DNA of 64,000 bases, taken from Diplonema japonicum. Its lineage: Eukaryota; Protista; Euglenozoa: Diplonemea. Below, piece after piece: positions 59,601 to 64,000 of this stretch. Position numbers and translations under genes: made by a program. The stretch is taken from the NCBI GenBank assembly GCA_964019335.1, contig OZ025655.1:248001-312000 (forward strand), given 5' to 3'. The notes beneath the pieces were generated by a model. That model saw only the letters and a list, made by a program, of their open reading frames with translations. It did no database searches and was not told where the DNA came from. Every line of letters begins with the position of its first letter. The first letter of the stretch is position 1.

Positions 59601-59984
59601 AGCCTCGCCTCGTTCCTCCCAAGCTTTACGTGCGTCGCCGCCTCCTCCGGTACCCGGGGGGAAAGGGACTAGCTTGCGTGTCACATTCTTCTGATTGTTT
59701 TCCTTTAGATCGTCGCCATGGACCTCAAGGATACCCATGAAGTCGTCTTTCGTGAATGTATCGTGGTCCCAGACTTCGAAGCGCAGGCGTGACACGCCCT
59801 CTGTCTCCACGGTGTCCCGCCAGTTCCATGTGGGGGCGAGCGTCTTTTTCACTACCGCTGTCTCCTTTCGCAGAATCTCTTTCCCGTTACCATCGTACAC
59901 AAACACCTTTACGTAAGGATCGCTTGTCGAGCGGTCTGCAATGATCAGGTCGTCCCCTGCCTTGACCTCAACATCTACCTTCAT
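47613..59984 (-). CDS. Giant multi-C2-domain protein with PDZ-like domains, Zn-ribbon and Kelch propeller (4123 aa)
   Basis: Uninterrupted 12.4-kb ORF; recurring SDPYV..P.W...VWD.D....DDFMG units; CKKC..CAAC; GG-containing Kelch repeats near the C-terminus. Confidence 0.88.
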   Translation of the reverse strand: MKVDVEVKAGDDLIIADRSTSDPYVKVFVYDGNGKEILRKETAVVKKTLAPTWNWRDTVETEGVSRLRFEVWDHDTFTKDDFMGILEVHGDDLKENNQKNVTRKLVPFPPGTGGGGDARKAWEERGEARGLGTITVFWNIPGLTPDPPRQAQPPPPVETDTQSATFNPGLPSGSSSTASKQHLSPAAHSPRAASSAASLGPKQLIIRPLVVTGLPIDYHKRGKLSVTCEQKGRRVLTKTLEGDTNPRGDISWTSSAQFDIKREDVNVTFEIIDVTSDGDDDEQCSGTLAIKYDDLKGMQEGTFMKIPMDILVDDDDEESGGAEEAKAYLNVEATWGVMGNGASPTMSRAETIRSRKSKESSPKLPQARIPETIELTILKAANLVKMDMGFLGSGKSDPYVKMTVDHAKMPKEYRTETIKKTLDPVWDEEFEVDIDKDANTWAVHLNVYDWDFGTQDDWMGYTVLHLTRDHLLKSIDSACEWTLDLMARPEEQYQAEDNKLIEKHAGSLGSITIGLRSQDPPYPEMTRVKTDSGTCGFVKQYEGTSTIDGDQVQMYLVAMDEGTDERHPRTMLELLGDVDDDSKAVDDFVERLDRQNEAFKALMKKRTNDFFADNELYFDRHKHPTLTREEKALQKHYVSYSDTTMHLDSKFDVRLNKHTLGFIDKFAECGTPKERMKIVEAEKTARAELLSSWEKERNKLRDETSLSVVQVTSVKLVLSSLRKVENEAQAVYMLVQHGGLPDRSTHIVKLVRSTGSTGSSADFVSGKQKSTHFGNIEPGEDGTLVNLVLKNAGDAPIGSQPTEEMTQIGETLGKVQVEVPVNHVTKNKDVKTLTQDLGWLRLKQEDGETSEAAVRVKLIMELTGGERLDLEDKAAAIQEELAKQEAEIEQKRQEEEAREIPSLLDVEVMQGNNLIIQDIFSSDPYCIVEVLGGWSDAPVSYCKETNYIDSTLAPKWNEKFTFDIFSILEPKSETPEEQRIKLRFTVWDKDTNGDDFMGYAEVVLEKEMMKKMITARKTFVLPLEKRPSADPSTIEADNKLWAKKNRYFGEIKVATRTSQPKQFGSKTEQNVLAIVAEEGHHQPGKKLVEYTFDAVPGCLTVASFGQEARIETLAENSTAAKAGLSSGLTVVSFNGTPIAGNNKALDKLIADRKTIALTVEYEGTKDCTFKMDDAKDVDFIKENEKIIVLSVRQTSDAEENGLKEGMVAIAANSKPILTVANLLSLLKNETTLTVFDAGDEGRITNSDIKLNMFVRIVKAKGLIRADSMIMRKSDPYVTACAVDSDGTPLVGRRSKAGLPLKTPIKSNTLTPSWDFAFPSAVVLNEGEKIRLDMWDDDTFGKDDFMGRAVLDPWDDAGREDGMSTEVWLTLKHRGLREDTIAAKHTTGEKPLGEVLVRFKASLVVAEDLGFARSGSSLSMLSQASMTLDQHGKAYQKVRHRESVTVTLTEARGLDSSITSSKVYGIVKLQAPPAAGGRHREYTTAVASRGNETLTWDEENAVLQFDDCSEEQVDSFTVQLMSKSFFGSDDFIGRVTVSSSDEVWQEDVQKSDWFQLQPRTKKEKDKLKKPIGEIKMLWSFTRGEEELVKKFEGKTFATVNEAAAMQNMQEQREEQRLTIYERMRGEGYTLSVDVLSCEGLSKKGKTTVEVSCGGTTEKTDPSPRSDCPEWDAACFFFNLECRNDGLNIVVKSDDRAVGKCTYFPHEHHFIEAIKCIPVIDEQGGSAGVINISYTYDHPKGLAGFLPEFKGDAMPPEPPKQQKFMLSGLLDQDSTVDFTVVQASNLPGVDSGTLQSKVVLEYMRTDIVVAEAESARYPVFNKRQKLPLQAKGGTTQETMGPQGEVLFKVYDANSILSDVLVGTAAVDFVANYHDNITAEEAVFSVSQELIATGLGEVDTFRFSGRMLTHIDGKPIKSAEQFKSCTYPAEFTFERQQWLDLKPRLDEAKRPNPDDAKLLKKYGNLGKLLVRWSHNMNIEKTHIEEKDEDEGEPMLVLTIFEGENLIACDMITSDPYVLVKCGEEMQKTSYKKSTLSPFWGEELPEIPIVHAANQVELTCMDLDINDDDFMGCYQFDPFAWVFGDADSVTTARSKEGWVDLVPRELNKEDQKLYEKNNSSFGRLRIKVALKGDLTKVEGAKFDLSKSFALNREAKDVPLDQLKREGGKVSIWIDSASSLQNESLACCKLLMGGKEFVTPPPGTKTISPSWLAGPFSVKFSKATDATKESSYGMVFTVLDGTKEFGTFTFNALEIDKAVGSKEVSLRVDDDDKDSAKPHGKLNFRWEIDFGIKDMVPWSDPEVRSNLKQWLAESDSKLRLSFTLIRCTNLLDVETFGQSDPYVIISCGAKQTQTKVVSNNCNPIYNHDAQWDIDTFEQPIEFKIKDKELLGNDNELGMCRLNLATISDEKGEETIAVQPSPGMTETKLGHLVVKYAIEKVQKQSAAVRLTVVEGKDLADPNMLFKVSPKVVVHVGEGSGRREMEGKPAKGTAPTWVENFDFALNSKERVPISISIWEGDTCIGVHKRECDFMGGEHEGDEWVTLQPRSENPDDALLESKYGTLGQIHFTWEVDTPQAREEREMKREMRLRQLYEANVLNFRVMRARNLPNWMMMSPQCRVMFPTTCDEQDVCKTTTQSGQNPVWGLECSWKLSNLLLNQEVQLQVWDINVMKDKWVGTAQVNVWDNASDSKGERWLKLDDNGGEVLVNWNLANEFAPSRIVLQVWLDKVLDVVIPVDEKAKSSSDTSSLYTVLDLGPYNRQTECVEAQKGTERLGAQTCSVSWGQVFEFDPVPVTHQFVFHVWNKHTMGADVCLGKVVWDWGAVTDISDGSKQLPITAVDEAQEALAKKMAGLGQLSVKWKTVSRQLSGIRDGQKVKCTVMKTRGLPQIDNPMRVYTVVTFGGAKEMSDATTTNELNYCSEFRAANDGQEIRVEIWEKNYGLASDTHIGYTSIPYGHDEEASGEEWLRLRPRNGIEADYVLSADNNGSLGEALVQWEWDTELFSGAGKKHKKQKRQDLEIKILNAQNLTPQDTNGLSDPYVIVKHSGTEFKTQTKENSLSPYWNETFTFTDCNVKWPIIFTTMDYDFESPDDFMGQCKLSIPKGKEEGTTTLPLVIRTGCKEDVVLQEKYGGKLGTLSVEWRVFDVEEEEAEAPKGDPVGIATVSVLSAKVHAANKTCTVRVTLGDMSRETMRQQGQDLTWDKEGIREQWKLPLMEGDEGLRVEIIDNKSKSALAARVLLLQDIAHSEELRQQLPLFKLKDGEIVDGFASGDIVDLEAHLSSLDQDKGDLVMNAGYERWCKKCKMPMSGEDVMCAACGQPTIELNDTKWMETATEWGGLSIGGVTPSDHTAGAVGPASVKVGSKLFTFGGKTKSGYSAVMRQYDNQLSRWSVLESKCPHERYGATMVHHQNKLLVYGGFGPGGLDAGLTAMGGTVETDSHFIEVSTDGDYWDDPKVALGDTPKGPPGGYFDSVVEYDLSAGTWRKLPAHGPGWDFRACHSSVVYKSKMIVYGGWSIFIKQAVYDTSRTSRLRKPNIKYSTIECRRGDVASYNITTGKWSWVKAVYGDAPLPRSHHTAVLKPSSCFMFVFGGVTVHPDHSTDAGDMTSTQERQHYLDDLHVLDLRNKVWSTPRTNGDIPEPRAEHAATVSGPSMIIMGGRNSERVFGEDSCYQFSFGSAVWQKISMKSSISRTLTSENKSTETKKGRWGMCIAAFKPRVSQASSGDLTDKQKTLQERKDAQKERSTQLLKLLGDEASSLQQPVVPVKDVQFNLLVVGGCEKKQATMELQTTTGNTLVHDTTQPTDTLPSRIGDTIDSGFAVGHQVRCTVQPPSAAPDSVLANMTAPVAFGAKRLHAPRVGTCSNAVMWHMVSSSYSAAVAGGDEEAVGRSGVSAVNQSTLQALLEASWVDPGVSSAGPKQFIRGAGGGPARKIQTLSPTPPVKQPLKVKDEDMEKILGRLKLKTYRPAGVRGPPKKKEEVLPPTVKRSEESILRTTEMQSKGISLNKKMGQRKKIGAVAVPGQVVKLRAPRELQGKQLISGAAGVVQEEETLRKGFLFVKFNGLDRPTHIAAEDIVVPGSDTQKRKKSKKKTPRAPSHTTVELASSSPPRAYLFPDQWLEDEEAASSDN

Positions 59985-60194
59985 CTTGCACTTCCCGCTC
60001 CCCCCTCTGGTGTGTTTTTAGGTAGCCACTTTTTAATTAAAAAATCTTTTTTTTTTTTTTTTGGTGCGAGAGGAAATACTTTTACCACTGTTAAAAAAAA
60101 AAAAAAAAAAAAAAAATGTTAATTTCTTTTTCTCCCTTTCTTTTTTTTCTTCTTTTTTTTTTCTCTCTCGAGAAAAAAACTGTTTTCGTTGTGT

Positions 60195-60588
60195 TCACCC
60201 TTCAGACTTCATGGGGGGGCCGTTCCGGAAAACGAGGGCTGTGACGGTATCTACGGTGACGTTGAGCAGGGTGCCCGCGTCGTGGGTGGTGTTGCAGGCG
60301 AAGTGCGAGCCAACGATCACATGCCAGACCTCTTTGGTGCTTTCGTCGAGACGCTGCTTCACATGGCGGGCTATGTCCTTTGACAGCTTGAAGTCATCCA
60401 ATCCTTGTTCTATGTACTCAATTACCTCTGCCTGGAGATCAGGCAGCATGTCTGTGTCTCTTACTGTTACTCTTCTAACTGGGCGATCTTTCTATGTGTG
60501 TGTATGGGGGGGGGTTTTTTTTCTCGCTGATGTATACTTTTTTCCTCTGAACTTCCTCATCTTCGTCGTGCTCGTCCTTGTCGGCCAT
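60195..60588 (-). CDS. Dynein light chain, LC8-type family
   Basis: Exons 60588-60538 and 60491-60195 (46-nt intron); VRDTDM..KDIARHVKQRLD..WHVIVGSHFA. Confidence 0.85.
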
Positions 60589-61199
60589 TCCTTTTTTTTT
60601 TTTTTTTTCTCCCTGCGCAAAAGAATACGAAATCGGTAGCAACAACAACAAAAAGAAGAAAAACGAGAAGAAAGAGATAGAAATCCAAAAAGAAAAAGGA
60701 TTTGCTTTTGGCTGCTCTAGGTGGGGGGGGGGGGGGGGGGGGAGGCATGAAATGGTTTGATGACACGGGGGGGGATCAATTGTCATCTTTCTTCTTTTTC
60801 TTTTTTCAAAAAAGAAAAGGAGAGTTCTGTTCAATTATGTCTGTTTTTTTTTTTTTTTTTTTCTTTTTTTCTTGTTCTATTCTTTTGTTGCTTTGCGAAG
60901 GGGTCGAAAGGAGATGAGAGAAAGCTGAGGAAAGAGGCGTGTTTTTGGTTGCTATCCCCTTTTGGAAGCGATTTCTCCTTCAAAAAAAAAAAATATAGGA
61001 ACCTGAAATACCTCTTTTTTCCCCCTCTCCATCTCCTATCTTCCCCCCAGTTCTGCTAAAAATTGTAATATTCTGTTCCGGATAAAGAAAGAAGAAAAAA
61101 ACACCTTTTATTTTGTTTTTTTCATGTTGTAAAATAAATCAAAAGGGACACCAGAAGAGGTGGAAAAAAGACTTTTTCCACAAAAAAAAAAAAAAAGCA

Positions 61200-61849
61200 A
61201 AAAGTATATTCGGAGTGAAGTTGAAAAAAAGGAATGAACTTGTAAGCTCAAAAGTACGGCGCCTTTCTTTGTTTAGTCCTACAAAAATATTTCTAGACCT
61301 TAATGAAAAAAAGCGAAACACCACCACACTTAAAGAAAAATTGAGTTACCCTTTTTCGGCCCTTCTTTTTTTCCTTTCCCCTGAAAGTTCCTACGTAGAA
61401 ATAAATCAAGAGAAACAGGGGGTTCAAAAAAAAAAAAAAAAAAAAGAAAAAAAGAGGCGAGGGCATGGCGGGAAGAGGATGATGAATTCTTTTTTTTTTT
61501 TCTTCCTCCTCTTGAATTTCTCGAAACTCATTATTCAATGTATTCTGTAAATCAAAACTGAAACTAAAATATTCCCAAGAGAGGAAGTGGGGGAAGTGTA
61601 GGAGGCACAGGATTAAGCTGGTGCCGCAGGGGGGGGGGGGGGGGGGGGGGGGGGGGGAATGAGTTTCTTCTTTTTATTCTCCTTAAAGCCCCGTACCATG
61701 TGGTAACAATACTGAAAAAGTGCAGAGGGGAAAAAGAAAGAAAAAAAAAACCTTCCTTTCTTTCTTTCTCCCAGGGGCATTTAAACAAAAAAAAGCAGGA
61801 AAACCCGGAAAGAAGGATAAAAGAGCTTAAGTCAGCTGAGCGACGCGCA

Positions 61850-61885
<36 letters not shown>

Positions 61886-62658
61886 CTCAGTTTCTTGAAG
61901 GAGGGGGGAAGAGGTAAACAAGAGAGGAAATCGTACAAAAAAAAATGCTTCTATTAGGTAAAATCTTTTCTTTTTTTTTTTCCACTTTTTTTTTTTTTTT
62001 TTTTTTTGGTTTGATTCTCACCTGGCTTCAGGTGTATTGTGTCTATTCATGTTTGGAGAGAGTACAATACTTTTCTTTTTTTCTTTTTTTTTTAAATTCT
62101 TTTTTAGATATCCAGGTTTGAATACAGATCAGCTGATCTACCGATGGTGCCTGGCGCCCCGGGAATAGATGCGGGGGCGGCAGGGGACTCATCATCGACC
62201 ATGGCCTTGTTCATTTGCTGGATTTCATAACAGTTAAGGAACTCGCTGTAGGAGAGCTCAGGTGTGTGGAACACCTTGTAGGTGGCAAAGGAGATTCCAG
62301 CGACAAAGACAAGAGCTCCCGCAGCAACACCCACCCACAGCCACGGCTTTGAGGAGTCTGAAGAATCTTCCTCAAAAGCGCTTGCAAGGCAGAAGTGAAC
62401 ACCTCCTTTGGACTCTTTGCATTCGGTTCCGTTGGCACATTTCCCAAGAGAGTGCCCTGCACCAGTCAAACACTGCTGCCCCTCCGCCAATGGAATATGC
62501 TTGCAGACACCTGTCGAGTTTGCAGCATCTGTCGAGTTGGCTGCATCTGTCTCGCAAAGTGTCCCCACAGGACAGACTACCGAACTGCAAGGGTCGGCGT
62601 CCTCTGGTGCCTCGTCCACAGTGCACAGGGATACGATGACGACAGCAGCGAGGATTGA

Positions 62659-62692
<34 letters not shown>

Positions 62693-63597
62693 CAAATAGA
62701 AGAAACTTTTTTTTTTTATTATTATTTTTATAAAACAAAAATCAAGCGCAGTGTATAAATATTCGCAGAGATAACGAAGGGGCTCCTCAAGGGGGAGAAA
62801 CGACGCAACAGGAAGAGGGGTTGGTGGGCCCACCTTCGCGGCGAAAACCGAAAACCGCTTCCACTTGGAGGGGACGCTGGTGGATCTTGAGCTGCGAGAA
62901 TTGAGGTCCTGAAGATCCTCGGGGCACGAAAACAAGGCATGAATGGCAGAGGAATAGATTGAAAAGAAGAAAAGTGCATTTGAAGAGGAAGAGTAGAGGG
63001 AAAACAAAACAAAAAATGTTCAAGATAGAAAAAAAAAAAGAAAAAAAAGAGACATTTAAGGGTATCTGCGGTATGTGGCAGGACGCCTGGAAAAAAAAAA
63101 GAAAAAAAAAAGAAAAAAAAAAAAAAAAAAAAGTATCGGAGTGAATTCGAAAAGGGAACTGGTCATGATGCACCAAACAACGCCTTGCTTTTACTTTTTT
63201 AGCTTGTTTTGAAGAAAAAAGGTCATCACACCACCCCCTTTAGGAAAAGTAGGCGTAGCAGACATCACCCCCATTTTCTTTTTTTTTTTTGCCCCCAACA
63301 TATTCCTGCAAGTAAATAAATTAAGAGGAACAGGGGCTTTAAGTAAAAAAAATAAGGATGAGGGGGGAGAGATAAATTTCTTTAAAAAAAAAAACCTGGA
63401 AGAAAAAAAAAACGTGTCTTTCTTCCAGTTTTTTATTTTGCAAAATGATTCTCAAAAAGAATAAGAAAAAAAAAATAAGATAAAGGGAAAGTGTAGGAGG
63501 GCACAAGGTTAAGCTGGTGCCGCGAGATTAAGAAAGAAAAAAAAAAAAAAAAAAAAGCCGTTCCTATCCACACATTTAAAAAAAAAATGTGCTGTTG

Positions 63598-63647
<50 letters not shown>

Positions 63648-63790
63648 AACTCGCCGTTGTTTGGGAACGAGGCGGAGGTGTTTCTGCCCGTAGCACATCA
63701 ACAGAAAGATTTGTTCTTGTTGGAAAAAAAAAAAATCATTCTCTTCTTATTGTTCAAAATAAAGGGGTGGGTAAACAAGAGAGGAAGTTA
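61200..63790. repeat. Old, diverged tandem duplication of non-coding DNA (period ~1.9 kb)
   Basis: Collinear shared blocks: TCGGAGTGAA, ACACCACC, AAATAAAT.AAGAG.AACAGGGG, a 34/35-mer (61594-61627 vs 63489-63523) and GGTAAACAAGAGAGGAA (~61913 vs ~63770). Confidence 0.7.
62104..62661 (-). CDS. Small type I membrane protein with Cys-rich ectodomain
   Basis: Signal peptide, DPCSSVVCPVGTLCE...C..C..C ectodomain with a duplicated TDAANS, TM WLWVGVAAGALVFVAGISFA. Confidence 0.75.
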
Positions 63791-64000
63791 GAGTAACAAA
63801 CAACAACAAAAAAAAAGGGATCCACCGAGAGAGAGAGAGAGAGAGAGCTGTGTTAAGTGTTTGCTTCAATAGCCTTTGATTCGAACGAGGTACGGACACG
63901 AGGCCCTCCCCTACGCCAAACTGAATTTCGGTTCTATTTAACTATGCCACCCCCACCCCACCCCCTTAAGGTACAATAAGGAATACCTACAAAGTAGAGT

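Noticed and set aside
9-60383. Numerous plus-strand ORFs (e.g. 137-1006, 6841-7797, 15427-16356, 45225-46250, 57229-58068)
   Set aside because: Antisense shadows of GC-rich minus-strand genes; no recognisable domains.
12988-60588. Functional flagellar/Ca2+ gene cluster (EF-hand, IFT139, channel, CIPK, multi-C2, dynein light chain)
   Set aside because: Interspersed with unrelated genes, and such categories are common in flagellate genomes.
4797-63696. Poly-Lys/poly-Phe ORFs in spacers and apparent N-terminal extensions (e.g. 20441-21313, 43372-44424)
   Set aside because: Translations of homopolymer tracts or introns; true starts and exons were assigned from homology and splice sites.
1-64000. 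CRISPR arrays, tRNA, rRNA or SL RNA genes, transposase or reverse-transcriptase ORFs
   Set aside because: None recognisable by eye; the repeats present are coding minisatellites, homopolymers or gene duplications.

Overview
Eukaryotic nuclear DNA, most likely a diplonemid-like euglenozoan (inference). All 25 supportable protein genes lie head-to-tail on the minus strand, as in a polycistronic, trans-spliced unit. One encodes a VP39-type cap 2'-O-methyltransferase of the family that builds kinetoplastid cap 4. Unlike trypanosomatids, many genes carry short GT-AG introns. The genetic code is standard (TAA, TAG and TGA all terminate). Genes include importin-5 (partial), IFT139/TTC21B, Med18, MCM-BP, a NAF-domain CIPK-type kinase, a divergent Hsp70, a cyclic-nucleotide-binding K+ channel, two CREG copies, a P450, a dynein light chain and a 4123-aa protein with about 18 C2 domains plus PDZ-like and Kelch modules. 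Main observations: (1) 26 introns reconstructed by hand (plus one probable in-frame one) are almost all 34-70 nt, mostly phase 0 and crowded into the last third of genes; many have an A-run instead of a polypyrimidine tract before the acceptor. (2) The one long intron (523 nt, in the CIPK gene) holds a ~440-nt multibranch structured RNA candidate ending in a hairpin plus AGA box. (3) A ~256-nt fold-back element lies downstream of the same gene, and similar self-complementary islands recur in the homopolymer-rich spacers. All folds and family calls were made by eye and need computational confirmation. Homopolymer lengths may be affected by sequencing error.
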